Positions 42,045 through 51,296 of a stretch of DNA of 64,000 bases are shown here, piece by piece. The stretch comes from Candidatus Sericytochromatia bacterium (lineage in GTDB: Bacteria > Cyanobacteriota > Sericytochromatia > S15B-MN24 > UBA4093). The position numbers and the translations under genes were made by a program. Positions within the stretch are counted from its first letter, which is position 1, and each line of letters begins with the position of its first letter. The notes below the pieces were generated by a model. That model was not told where the DNA came from. It made no database searches and saw only the letters and a program-made list of their open reading frames with translations. Where the stretch lies: the NCBI GenBank assembly GCA_036676455.1, contig JAKFCW010000101.1, positions 5,211 to 69,210 on the forward strand, given 5' to 3'.

Positions 42045-45000
42045 ATGAAGAAGCTGATCGGATGGAGCCTCCTGCTGGCCGTACTCGTCACGGGCTGCCG
42101 CCTGCCGTCGCTGCTGCCGCAGACGCCGACGGGCTCGCCCCAAGCCCTCGCCTCCGCCCATGTCCTCCAGGGCCGCCTGGAACCCCCCAGCCGCCTGCAG
42201 GCGGAGTCCGAAGAGGACCGCAAGCTCCGCGAGATCGCCGAGGCCGCCACCGTCACCTTGATCGACGGCGTCACGGGCCACACCGGCGCAACCACCGTCA
42301 GCAACCCGGACGGCACCTTCGTCATGCGCTTCCAGGACGGCTTCGCGCCCATCGAGGGCCGTCCCTACTTCCTGGAAGCCATCAAGGGCATCAAGGGCCG
42401 TGGCCCGAACACGACCCCCAACGACCTCTTCAACCAGGCCGGTGCCGATGCCGTCCGCCTGCGCACCATCCTTTACTACCAGGATTCGCCCTCGGGCTGG
42501 ATCAGCCCGTCCAACGCCTCGCCCGCCGGCATCACCATCAGCCGGCAGACGACGGCCCTGGCGCTCGCGCTCTTCCTGAAGCAGCACACCATTCCCATCA
42601 ATTACGCGGACTTCATCGGCTGCCTGGCGACCGAGACCTACCAGCCGGTGGCCGGCCTCACGGCGCCTGAGTTCGACAGCGCCTTGCTGATCGTCAAGGA
42701 AGCGATCCTCCAGGACCGCGACCCCATCCAGTTCCTGGCCTACGATTCCAGCTCGCAGTCCTTCATGAACCTCTACAACGGTCACTCGATCGACACCCTG
42801 GTCCCGAGCAGCGGAGGCATCGGCGAGGAGGTCACGATCATCGGCGACGGCTTCGACCTTCCCGGCGAGCTCACCGTGAAGTTCAACGGGGTCGAGGCCT
42901 TCCTGACCGCGCCTCCCACCAAGGACCGCCTCAAGGTGAAGGTCCCCCTCGGCGCTCGCTCGGGCCCGGTTTCCGTCCGCATCGGCACGGTCACCCAGGG
43001 CGGCGGCGAGTTCCGGGTCGACTCCTTCGACGGTCACCGCGCCATGCTCGACGGAGTGCTTTACGTCGCCAACTACGACCGCTCCAAGATCGTCAAGGTC
43101 TTCAGCGACACGATCGACGGAGCGCGCGTCGACGGCATCGTCGAGGACGTCGCCGACGTCCCGGCGGGTCCCACCCAGCTCGCCCTCTACACCACGGAGG
43201 CGGATCCCTCGGTGAAGCGGCTCTTCGTGGCCTGCCGCACCGCCGGGAAGATCGTCACGCTCGACCTGAGCGCCCCCGCCCCGCTCGCCACCGACTTCGT
43301 CGCCTTCTCCGAGCCCACCGCCATGGCCTTCATGGGCAACGTCCTGTACGTGGCCAGCAACACGGGCAAGATCTCGCGCTTCAACCTCGACGGGTCCTCC
43401 GCGGGGCCCGACCTCACCGGCCTCACCGCCCCGACGGCCCTGGCGTTCGACTATGCCGGCAACCTCTTCGTGGCCCTGGACGGGGCCGAGGACCGGATCA
43501 AGCGCATCGAGTTCAACCCGGACGCCTCGATCAAGGCCATGCAGGACTGGGCCTACCTCACCGATCCCAGGGGCCTCGCCATCGACTCGGGCGGCGCCCT
43601 CTACGTGGCCAGCTACACGGACGCTCTGGTCTACCGGATCCTGCCCAGCCTCGCCATGTCGGTCTTCGCGCGGGTCCCCGCTCCCGCGGGCGTCATGCTC
43701 GACGAGGAGGGCTTCCTCTACGTCGCCTCCGACACGCAGCACCAGATCTACCGCGTCTCCACGCTGGGCGACATCAAACCCTACGCCTTCGGCATCAGCC
43801 ACCCGCGCGGGGTCGCCGTGGACGGCAACGGCACGCTCTACGTCTCTTTGAGCGAATCGAACGCCATCCTGAAGGTGGAGGACCGCGGAGCCGCCGGCTA
43901 CCGCACCCGGCCCTTTGTCACCGGCATCGCCAACCCGCACTCCATCACCTGGCGCAATGATCGCCTCTACATCGCCCACCGCGAGGCGGGCGTCATCTCC
44001 TCGGCGGACGCCTTCGGCAGCATGCGCACCGAGGCGACGGGCTTGACCATCCCCGGCGGCGTGGACCTGGGGCCCGACGGCACCCTCTACGCGGGGCGCT
44101 ACGGTGCGAGCGGGCATGCGGCGACCGTCCCCCCCAACGTTCCCTGGCACCAGCGCGGAGACGACGGAGGCATCGAGATCGTCGGGCCCGACGGCCTGGT
44201 CACGGTCAAGCGGCGGATCCTCAGGACCAGTGATCGCGCGATCACCGGCCTCAACGACGGGACCCGCTTCGCCATCAACACGGGCACGGACCAGCTCGTC
44301 ATGTACCAGGCCACCAACGGCCACAACTCGAGCTACCGCTACCGCACGATCCGGCAGTTCGGCGCCAACCCCTTCGCCCTCGAACGCGACGCCACCGGCG
44401 CCAACCTCTTCGTCGTCACCGAGAACACCCCGAGCGTCTATCGCTTCACCGGCGCCGGAGCCGCCTGGACCGAGACCGTCATCGCGATTCCCGGTGTCAC
44501 CGACCCCGAGGCCCTGACCTACGATGCCGATAACGACCGGCTCTACGTCCTGCATGGCACCACCACGATCAAGCGCGTCCTGAACGCCACGCAGCCCACG
44601 GCCGCGCTCGACGGCGCCTGGTCGGCCACGGTCTCCAGCGTCTACGACCTCGCCTACCGCGCGGGCACGCTCTTCCTGGCCCGTAGCACCAAGGACGTGC
44701 AGCAGATCGACCTCACGGCCCCGACGCCCACGCCTACCCTCTACGTGGACGGCTTCGGCGAGACCCCGCGCAACATCGTGGCCCATCCGACCAACGGCGA
44801 GCTTTACGTACGCTCCAGCAACAACCAGTATGCCTACCGGGTGACCGCCACCAAGGTCCTCCAGCTCGACGCCGACTACACCGGTTGGGGGCGCCTCACG
44901 GCCTACGGCATCGCGCCGGACGGCAACCGCATGCGCTCGGAAAGCACCTTCCCGAACTACTACTTCCAGGGCAAGACCACGATCTCGAGCCTGATCCAGA

Positions 45001-45422
45001 GCCACGAGGTGGCCTTCCACGACAACCGCGTCTTCGTCGGCTCGTACATGGGAGGCGGCTACACCGGGGTCTACGCCTACAACCTCGCCGACGGCACCGA
45101 GATGTTCATCCGCGGCACCTTCGACTCCGGCGACGATGCCACCGGAGCCGGAGTGCTCGCCGTGAACCCGGAGGCCAACCAGCTCTACGTGGGAACGGCC
45201 AAAGGCAAGATCTTCAACGTGGATGTCGCCGCCGGGGCCACCGAGGGACAGGTCTCGTCCTTCGCGACGCTCAAGAGCGGGGAATGGCTCTACGGCCTCG
45301 ACATCACCAGCACCCGGGACAAGCTCTGGGCGGTGGGTGGATCTCGTAGCCTCTTCTCGCTCCGTCTGAGCGACAAGGTGGTCACCGAGGTCAAGCCCGG
45401 CCTTTCCCAGCCGAGATTCTAG
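42045..45422 (+). CDS. Giant lipoprotein, class B (B2). 1125 aa.
   Basis: ATG follows AGGAGG, 9 nt after the A2 stop. The leader is MKKLIGWSLLLAVLVTGC-RLPSLLP. Motifs are ATVTLIDGVTGHTGATTVSNPDGTFVM, PYFLEAIKGI, NQAGADAVRLRTIL, QDRDPIQF, IPT, DGHRA. The propeller core includes FGISHPRGVAVDGNGTLYVSLSESNAILKV and [16 protein letters not shown]. It ends KPGLSQPRF. Confidence 0.85.
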   Translation: MKKLIGWSLLLAVLVTGCRLPSLLPQTPTGSPQALASAHVLQGRLEPPSRLQAESEEDRKLREIAEAATVTLIDGVTGHTGATTVSNPDGTFVMRFQDGFAPIEGRPYFLEAIKGIKGRGPNTTPNDLFNQAGADAVRLRTILYYQDSPSGWISPSNASPAGITISRQTTALALALFLKQHTIPINYADFIGCLATETYQPVAGLTAPEFDSALLIVKEAILQDRDPIQFLAYDSSSQSFMNLYNGHSIDTLVPSSGGIGEEVTIIGDGFDLPGELTVKFNGVEAFLTAPPTKDRLKVKVPLGARSGPVSVRIGTVTQGGGEFRVDSFDGHRAMLDGVLYVANYDRSKIVKVFSDTIDGARVDGIVEDVADVPAGPTQLALYTTEADPSVKRLFVACRTAGKIVTLDLSAPAPLATDFVAFSEPTAMAFMGNVLYVASNTGKISRFNLDGSSAGPDLTGLTAPTALAFDYAGNLFVALDGAEDRIKRIEFNPDASIKAMQDWAYLTDPRGLAIDSGGALYVASYTDALVYRILPSLAMSVFARVPAPAGVMLDEEGFLYVASDTQHQIYRVSTLGDIKPYAFGISHPRGVAVDGNGTLYVSLSESNAILKVEDRGAAGYRTRPFVTGIANPHSITWRNDRLYIAHREAGVISSADAFGSMRTEATGLTIPGGVDLGPDGTLYAGRYGASGHAATVPPNVPWHQRGDDGGIEIVGPDGLVTVKRRILRTSDRAITGLNDGTRFAINTGTDQLVMYQATNGHNSSYRYRTIRQFGANPFALERDATGANLFVVTENTPSVYRFTGAGAAWTETVIAIPGVTDPEALTYDADNDRLYVLHGTTTIKRVLNATQPTAALDGAWSATVSSVYDLAYRAGTLFLARSTKDVQQIDLTAPTPTPTLYVDGFGETPRNIVAHPTNGELYVRSSNNQYAYRVTATKVLQLDADYTGWGRLTAYGIAPDGNRMRSESTFPNYYFQGKTTISSLIQSHEVAFHDNRVFVGSYMGGGYTGVYAYNLADGTEMFIRGTFDSGDDATGAGVLAVNPEANQLYVGTAKGKIFNVDVAAGATEGQVSSFATLKSGEWLYGLDITSTRDKLWAVGGSRSLFSLRLSDKVVTEVKPGLSQPRF

Positions 45423-45430
45423 GAGGACCC

Positions 45431-45760
45431 ATGTCGCGCAAGGCGTTGCCGCTACTGCTCTTACTCGTCGCGCTGGCCATCGGCTGCGCGGAGGAGGACG
45501 GCCTGATCGGTGTCGGGCGACCGGGCGACCCGTCTCGGACCGCGGACGCGTCGGCGACTCCCGCCGCGTCGGCGACTCCGAGCCCCGGGGCCTCTCCCGA
45601 GGCCACGCCCTCTCCGGCATGGACTCCCAAGCCCTCGCCCACCCCGGAGCCTCAGCATTCGATCGAGCCGCCTCCCCAGCCCACGGAATCCGAAGCTCCA
45701 GTTGAAAGTCCGTCGCCGGATAGCTATACTTCCCCCGATCCCGATAGCGTTAACGGGTGA
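45431..45760 (+). CDS. Small Pro/Thr/Ser-rich lipoprotein (S2), 109 aa
   Basis: AGGAGGA RBS. The leader is MSRKALPLLLLLVALAIGC-AEEDGLIGVG, followed by a low-complexity P/S/T/A/E region. Confidence 0.75.
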   Translation: MSRKALPLLLLLVALAIGCAEEDGLIGVGRPGDPSRTADASATPAASATPSPGASPEATPSPAWTPKPSPTPEPQHSIEPPPQPTESEAPVESPSPDSYTSPDPDSVNG

Positions 45761-45782
45761 GGTCACGATGAAAGAGGAAACC

Positions 45783-45971
45783 ATGAGATCCAGCTTCCCG
45801 ATCCTGGGCATCGCGTTGGCGGCTCTGTTGGCCTTCGGGGCCGGTTGCGCGGAGGAGGACGGCCTGTTCGGCGTTGGCGGCACCGGAGGCAAGAAGGCCA
45901 CGGCTTCCCCCACGAACGGCACTCCGACGCCCACTCCGAGCGGCAGCGGCTTCTCCGGCGGCATCAAGTAG
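45783..45971 (+). CDS. Very small lipoprotein (S'2), 62 aa
   Basis: ATG at 45783 follows AAAGAGGAAA. It translates as MRSSFPILGIALAALLAFGAGC-AEEDGLFGVGGTGGKKATASPTNGTPTPTPSGSGFSGGIK, a clear paralog of 55078..55269. Confidence 0.65.
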   Translation: MRSSFPILGIALAALLAFGAGCAEEDGLFGVGGTGGKKATASPTNGTPTPTPSGSGFSGGIK

Positions 45972-45990
45972 CCTCGCCCTCGCTCAACAA

Positions 45991-46053
45991 AAAAGCCATC
46001 GGCTCCAGCCTCCCCGCCTCTCGGCGGCAGGACGGCTGGAGCCGATGGCTTTT
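45991..46053. terminator. Strong bidirectional rho-independent terminator
   Basis: A 20-bp perfect stem aaaagccatcggctccagcc / ggctggagccgatggctttt is flanked by an A-run and a T-run, between the converging S'2 gene and the minor-pilin operon. Confidence 0.85.
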
Positions 46054-46061
46054 ATCAGGTG

Positions 46062-46646
46062 CTAGGGGATGTTGCGCAGGAAGACGGTCGTCGTCAGGTA
46101 GCGCGGAGGGGACTCCGGCTTGGACTGGATGACCATGTAGATCTCGATGCGCCGGACGTTCGCGAGCAAGGCGGTGGGGTTGCCCGCTGCATCCAGGTAG
46201 GTGAAGAGGCTGATCGGCGTGGTGGCCTTGCTGCCGTCTCGCCGGCGCAGCGAGAGTGCGCCGGGGTTATGGTTCTGGATCAGGCGCTCCGAGCTGATGG
46301 GTAGCGCTCCGCTGCCCAGGTCGAGCCGCAAGGGGCGGAGGCGGGGATCGGCGGCAATGGCGGGTGCCAGGGAGATCTGCCGGGCGGTGGCGCCGTTGTC
46401 GACGACCGAGGTGTAGCTTATCGAGCTGGTGGCGATCGCCGTCAGGCTCCGCGCGTTCGCGAGCTCCTGGCTGATCAGGGACAGGGGTTGCATGGCCTGG
46501 CGGGCGCCCTTGAACTCCCCGACCACCGTCGTGACGGTTTGCTGCTGGCTGCGGAACAGCATGAACAGCCCCGTCATGAAGCCCGCCATCAGCGTCAGGG
46601 CCAGGGTCGTCTCCAGCAGGCTCATGCCCTTCTGAGCGCGGTTCAT
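46062..46646 (-). CDS. Minor pseudopilin (GspJ/PilW-like), 194 aa
   Basis: MNRAQK-G|MSLLETTLALTLMAGFMTGLF prepilin motif. The start overlaps the upstream stop by 1 nt. Confidence 0.75.
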   Translation of the reverse strand: MNRAQKGMSLLETTLALTLMAGFMTGLFMLFRSQQQTVTTVVGEFKGARQAMQPLSLISQELANARSLTAIATSSISYTSVVDNGATARQISLAPAIAADPRLRPLRLDLGSGALPISSERLIQNHNPGALSLRRRDGSKATTPISLFTYLDAAGNPTALLANVRRIEIYMVIQSKPESPPRYLTTTVFLRNIP

Positions 46647-47068
46647 CAGAGCCCCCCCTTCGCGGGGCCGACGATCTTGTCGAATAGCACGGTGCCCACC
46701 ACGGCCTTCGCTGCACCGATAGCCTCGTACTCGGCCGTCGCGGTGTAAGTGGCCTTGCTGAAGCCGTTGACGGGCCCGACGAGGGCCGTGCGATCGGCGC
46801 GCACCGAGTAGGTCGCCCCCGACATGACCAGCACCGCGCCCGTGTGCAGCACATCGGCGGCCGGGCGCGCGCGCATGGTCTCGACCTCGTCGCGCAGCAG
46901 GTGATCGACGATCTCGGGGTGAGGCAGGGGCCCCCGATTGGCAGGCGAGACGCTGGCCACCATGCTACGCGTCAGCTGCGTGATCCCGACGACGCCCGCC
47001 ATCAGGATGAGGACGGCCAGCATGGCCTCCAGCAGCGAGAACCCTTGCTGACGCTTACTTCTGTTCAT
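46646..47068 (-). CDS. Minor pseudopilin (GspI/PilV-like), 140 aa
   Basis: MNRSKRQQ-G|FSLLEAMLAVLILMAGVVG prepilin motif. It overlaps the upstream gene by 14 nt. Confidence 0.75.
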   Translation of the reverse strand: MNRSKRQQGFSLLEAMLAVLILMAGVVGITQLTRSMVASVSPANRGPLPHPEIVDHLLRDEVETMRARPAADVLHTGAVLVMSGATYSVRADRTALVGPVNGFSKATYTATAEYEAIGAAKAVVGTVLFDKIVGPAKGGL

Positions 47069-47537
47069 AGCGCTGTATCACCCAGTGGCTTCCGGTGGCG
47101 ACATCGACGAGGATCTTGCGGGTGGCCTTGGGCCAGTTCGTCGATCCCCCGACCGGCCGAGCCTCGCCCGTCACCTCGAACCGGTAGACGTTCGGGGCGG
47201 GATCGGGAGGGACCGAGACGACCCGGTAGACGACGTTCTGGGTCACTGCGCCCTCCGGGTAGGGTATCACGCGGTTCGGCAGGGCGGAGGCGGGCGGAAT
47301 CTCCAGCGGCGCGTTGCGGGTGGCCTTGGAGTTGTTGCGGTACATCAGGTCGTTGACCCCCATCTCGGCGGCATACAGCGCCTGGGTGCCCGGGTAGCCC
47401 GCGTACTTCATGCCGGCCGCATCGGAGGCATGTCGGCGCAGGAACTGGCTGGCCCCGAGGCTCAGCAGCGTCATGCCGAGGATCAGCACCATGACGATCA
47501 GGAGGGTGTTTCCGCGTTCGGAGGATCGTTCTCGCAT
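47055..47537 (-). CDS. PilX/GspK-like minor pilus protein (hydrophobic N-helix, no canonical G|F cleavage motif), about 160 aa
   Basis: Start is placed at ATG 47537 (MRERSSERGNTLLIVMVLILGMTLLSLGAS), which resembles PilX_N-type N-termini. The track ORF start at 47690 is unlikely. Confidence 0.55.
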   Translation of the reverse strand: MRERSSERGNTLLIVMVLILGMTLLSLGASQFLRRHASDAAGMKYAGYPGTQALYAAEMGVNDLMYRNNSKATRNAPLEIPPASALPNRVIPYPEGAVTQNVVYRVVSVPPDPAPNVYRFEVTGEARPVGGSTNWPKATRKILVDVATGSHWVIQRYEQK

Positions 47538-47661
47538 ACCGCCTGCATACCCGCCATTGGCCAAAATGCACCTCTGACGGGCTGACGGGGGCTTCTCGCA
47601 CGAAAGCTTGAATGAAGAATTGGTGAGCCCTGGCGAGGTGGTGCAGATCTGCTGCAATTCT

Positions 47662-47670
47662 GGGTAAAAC
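47662..47670 (+). promoter_or_regulatory. Putative -10 element (GGGTAAAAC)
   Basis: About 70 nt upstream of the A1' ATG at 47739. Confidence 0.2.
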
Positions 47671-47738
47671 GTGCTCACAGTCGCTCGCAACCTGAGGGGG
47701 CGCTCGCTCTAGTCGCGCGTGGGGAAAGAAGGCCAGTC

Positions 47739-50700
47739 ATGAGAATCACGTCGTTCATCCAGGCGCTAGCCCGCTTAAACGCCCTGGTACTCGCGGCCGT
47801 GCTGCTGCTCGTCCTGACGGCCTGCCCTCGGCCGCTGGTCCCGCCGATCGGCCTGGGGGGGGCGCAAAGCCTCACGTTGGACGCGGAGAGCGGCGTGACG
47901 GGCCGCGTGGAGTTCGGCGCGCGCGCCACCCAGGCCACCATCAAGGACGACGTCGCCCCTGGCGCCACCGTCTCCTTGATCGAGGTGGCCACCGGCAACA
48001 CGGTGACCACCACCCGGACGAACGCCGATGGCACCTTCGTGCTCAAGTACTCCAACGGCTTCAAGCCGGTGAACGACTCCATCTACTACTTCGAGGCGAT
48101 CAAGGGGCTTTCCGGCGGTACGGACCAGCCGAACGCGGTCGGAGCGGACGCCGTGCGCGTGCGCACCATCGCGAGCTACCGCCGGGGCGGCTGGGTGACC
48201 CTGTCGAGCCGGGGCGTCTCCACGGCCATCTCGATCACCCCCATGACCACCGCCCTCTCGATCGTGGTCAGCCTGCGCTCCACCACCAACCGCCCGCTCG
48301 ACGTGAACACCCTCTTCGGCACCATCCGCCTGGGCCAGGCCTCGGACGGCTTCAACGATACCGTGGACATCGCCGATCCCGCGCTGGTCGCCATGGTTCA
48401 GAGCGCCTACAACCTCGTCCTGGACTCCTTCAACAAGGACCGGGACCCGCTGCGCTGGATCCTCCTCAACGCGGCGGATGCCTCGCATAACTCGGTGCTC
48501 CTGCCCGACGTCCCCTTCTCGATCGTCAGCCTCTCGCCCGCCGAGCAGGAAGCCGGCGGCGAGATCCAGCTGATCGGCAGCAACTTCGCCTCCGTCCTCG
48601 CGGACAACGAGGTCGCCTTCCAGACCAATAACGACGCCACCGTCTCCGCCTCGGTCCTCGCCGTCAGCCCCGACCTGGCCCGCCTCACGGTCAAGGTCCC
48701 GCTGACGGCCGTCAACGGCCCCGTCACCCTCACCATCGGGCAGGGCGATAAGCGCAAGACCCTCTTGGGCCCCGCCTTCCGCGTGGCGACGCGCGACGGC
48801 CACAGCGTGGTCGATGCCGCCGGCAAGGTCTACGTGGCCAACCGCGACCTCGGGACGGTGGCGGTGATCGGCCCCAACGCGACCACGGGCAAGACCGAGA
48901 TCCGGGCCTTGATCGAGAGCCTCGACAAGCCGGGTGCGCTCACCTTCGCCCCGGGCGACTACAAGACCCTCTACGTCGCCCTGGGCGGCACCACTCGCAA
49001 GGTCAGGAAGTACGACATCACGGCCCAGCCCATCACCGGCGTGGATTACTCCGGGGCGGGCGGCGTGGCCAACCCCTCGGGCGTCGCCTTCCAGGTCTCG
49101 ACCGGCGCCCTTTACCTCACGGACGCGACCGCCAACAAGCTATACGTGGTCGCCGCGGAGGGCGGAGCGGCCCAGGAGGTCGCACTTACCCTTCCCCTCG
49201 GCGTCAGCCTGAACGGCCCGCGCGGCCTCTCGTTCGGTCCCGACGGCAAGCTCTACCTGGCGAACTCCGGCGCGAACAACGTGCTCGCGATCGACCTGAG
49301 CGCCGCCGCCATCGGCAGCGGGGCCGTCTACCAGACGGGCCTGAGCTCGCCGTGGGGCCTGGCCTTCGACAACAAGGGCTCCTTCTACGTCAGTAACAAC
49401 AAGGGCAACTCGATCTTCACGGTCCCCGTCACCTCGGAGCCGGGCGTCATCCCGCTTGTCTACGCCTCCCTGACCTCCTTCGCGAGCATCCCCAACCCCG
49501 GGGGCCTCGATGCGGACTCCTCGGGCTACCTCTACGTGGCCGACAACGTCAGCAACGGCGTCTACCGCGTCAACCCGGCCGCCGAGTCCCGCCAGATCGG
49601 CTTCGGCATCAGCTACCCCGTGGCCACCTGGGCGGATGCCGAGGGCGTCTTCACCCTTACCCAGGAAGGCCGACTGCTGCAGATCGACACCCAGAACGCC
49701 CTCTCCGTCTATGCCGAGGGCCTCACGGCCTCGGCCGGCCTGGTGCGCGACATTCGCGGCAACTTCTACACCTACAACACCGTCCTCAAGACGCTGATCC
49801 TCGTCCGACCGGACGGCTCGAGCGTGCAGGTCATGTCGGCCCTCGACGCCTACTACCCCGAGCTGTCGATCAACAACGCGCGCGATCGGATCTACTTCCG
49901 CCGCCGCAACTCCGACATCTCCGCCATGGGCCAGGTCGACGCCTATGATCTCAACCTCGACGCCGGGGCTCCATACATGCCCCACTTCAACGTCGGACCC
50001 GATCTCCTCGCCGCTCCCAATCAGGTCTACAAGTCCCCCATGCGCCGCGTGATCGCCATCGCGGCCGACCGCACGGCCGCCGGCCCCCGCCGAGGCGAGT
50101 ACTACGTGCTGCAGGACAACACCAACTCCGAGCAGGCCGTCATGCGCGTCACCTCCGTGGATTCCAACACCTACGACGCCGTCCGGATCGTCAACAACGC
50201 CGACGGACGCCTCAAGGACCCCTCCGACATCGCCATCGATTCCGAAGGCAAGATCTGGGTGGCCGATCGCATCGGCGCCTCCGGGACCGGCGGCCTGATC
50301 ATCTACGACGCCAACGGAGCCTACCTCGACGAGATCGCCGTCGCGCGCCCTGTCCGCCTCGCGTACAACGGGACCCATGTCGTCGCGAGCTGCTACGACT
50401 CGGGCGAGGTCCGCTTCTACAACGCCGACAAGACCCTGGCCCAGAACCTGTCGGGTATCCCCAACCCCGTCGGCGTGGCCTTCTCCAACACCGCTCCCCA
50501 TGTGAACGCCATGTTCGTCAACTCCCACTCGACCGGAAAGGTCTACAAGTTCGACAACTACGCCGCCCTGGGCACCGCCAACGTCGCGGCCTCCCTGGCC
50601 GCGAACGACTACTACGACACGGGCAACAACAACGACATCGAGATGGTGGGCAACGCCCTGATCTTTACCAGCGGCGGCCAGGCGCGCCGGCTCGAGGCCG

Positions 50701-51284
50701 ATCGCCTCACGCGCAACGACTCCTGGATGAACCAGTACTCCTCCTACCTGCGCTTCAACGTCGATCACAACGGCTCGCGCATCTTCGTCACGGACAACTC
50801 CTGGTCCCACCTCGCTCACAACGGCTCGTACAGCGCCGCTTTCGCGGGGCTGCGCGGTTACTCCGCCTCAGGCATCGGCACCCCCATCGTCCTCAACAAC
50901 TCCATGGTGTCGTACGCCCACATCGGCTACAGCGCCAACGCCATCGTCGTCGACTCCGAGCACGATGGGATCAACCAGCGCACCCGCAACGGCCTGGGCT
51001 ACCTCGGAGCGGCCACCAGCAACGGTACGGACACCGCCTTCTTCGCCTCCACGACCGGCGGCACCATCTACAAGTGGAAGAAGGACGCCGTCACCGGCAA
51101 GGGCGTCGCCACCACGGTCGTCAGCGGAGGCTACTCGGGATTCGACTACGTCCGCGGTCTCAGCTACTACAACGGCTACCTTTACCAGCCGATCCGCGAG
51201 AAGCACGTGATCCGGAAGGTCAATGCCGACAACGGGGCCGACAAGGTCGAACTCAAGGTGGGCGTCGTCGCCCCCGAGCTCTAG
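47739..51284 (+). CDS. Giant lipoprotein, class A (A1', closest to A1). 1181 aa.
   Basis: The leader is MRITSFIQALARLNALVLAAVLLLVLTAC-PRPLVPP. Motifs are GATVSLIEVATGNTVTTTRTNADGTFVL, IYYFEAIKGL, VRVRTIASY, DRDPLRW, IPT, RVATRDGHSVVDAAGKVYVANRDLGTVAV (compare A1: RLDTRDGHSVVDARGNLYAANRGLGTVAI). It ends VGVVAPEL. Confidence 0.85.
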   Translation: MRITSFIQALARLNALVLAAVLLLVLTACPRPLVPPIGLGGAQSLTLDAESGVTGRVEFGARATQATIKDDVAPGATVSLIEVATGNTVTTTRTNADGTFVLKYSNGFKPVNDSIYYFEAIKGLSGGTDQPNAVGADAVRVRTIASYRRGGWVTLSSRGVSTAISITPMTTALSIVVSLRSTTNRPLDVNTLFGTIRLGQASDGFNDTVDIADPALVAMVQSAYNLVLDSFNKDRDPLRWILLNAADASHNSVLLPDVPFSIVSLSPAEQEAGGEIQLIGSNFASVLADNEVAFQTNNDATVSASVLAVSPDLARLTVKVPLTAVNGPVTLTIGQGDKRKTLLGPAFRVATRDGHSVVDAAGKVYVANRDLGTVAVIGPNATTGKTEIRALIESLDKPGALTFAPGDYKTLYVALGGTTRKVRKYDITAQPITGVDYSGAGGVANPSGVAFQVSTGALYLTDATANKLYVVAAEGGAAQEVALTLPLGVSLNGPRGLSFGPDGKLYLANSGANNVLAIDLSAAAIGSGAVYQTGLSSPWGLAFDNKGSFYVSNNKGNSIFTVPVTSEPGVIPLVYASLTSFASIPNPGGLDADSSGYLYVADNVSNGVYRVNPAAESRQIGFGISYPVATWADAEGVFTLTQEGRLLQIDTQNALSVYAEGLTASAGLVRDIRGNFYTYNTVLKTLILVRPDGSSVQVMSALDAYYPELSINNARDRIYFRRRNSDISAMGQVDAYDLNLDAGAPYMPHFNVGPDLLAAPNQVYKSPMRRVIAIAADRTAAGPRRGEYYVLQDNTNSEQAVMRVTSVDSNTYDAVRIVNNADGRLKDPSDIAIDSEGKIWVADRIGASGTGGLIIYDANGAYLDEIAVARPVRLAYNGTHVVASCYDSGEVRFYNADKTLAQNLSGIPNPVGVAFSNTAPHVNAMFVNSHSTGKVYKFDNYAALGTANVAASLAANDYYDTGNNNDIEMVGNALIFTSGGQARRLEADRLTRNDSWMNQYSSYLRFNVDHNGSRIFVTDNSWSHLAHNGSYSAAFAGLRGYSASGIGTPIVLNNSMVSYAHIGYSANAIVVDSEHDGINQRTRNGLGYLGAATSNGTDTAFFASTTGGTIYKWKKDAVTGKGVATTVVSGGYSGFDYVRGLSYYNGYLYQPIREKHVIRKVNADNGADKVELKVGVVAPEL

Positions 51285-51296
51285 AGGAGAACGCCG

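Noticed and set aside
41052-45620. A 1522-aa minus-strand ORF, and similar giants at 30761..34645 (1294 aa), 34362..36743, 38592..40469, 50868..53717, 55740..59060, 59554..61029, 49140..50819 and 61321..62403.
   Set aside because: All are antisense to the class A/B lipoprotein genes. Their translations are Arg/Gly/Asp/Val/Ala-rich with no signal peptides, no repeats in register and no motifs. The sense frames carry lipoboxes, IPT and NHL motifs and RBS-linked starts. Long stop-free antisense frames are expected at this GC content.
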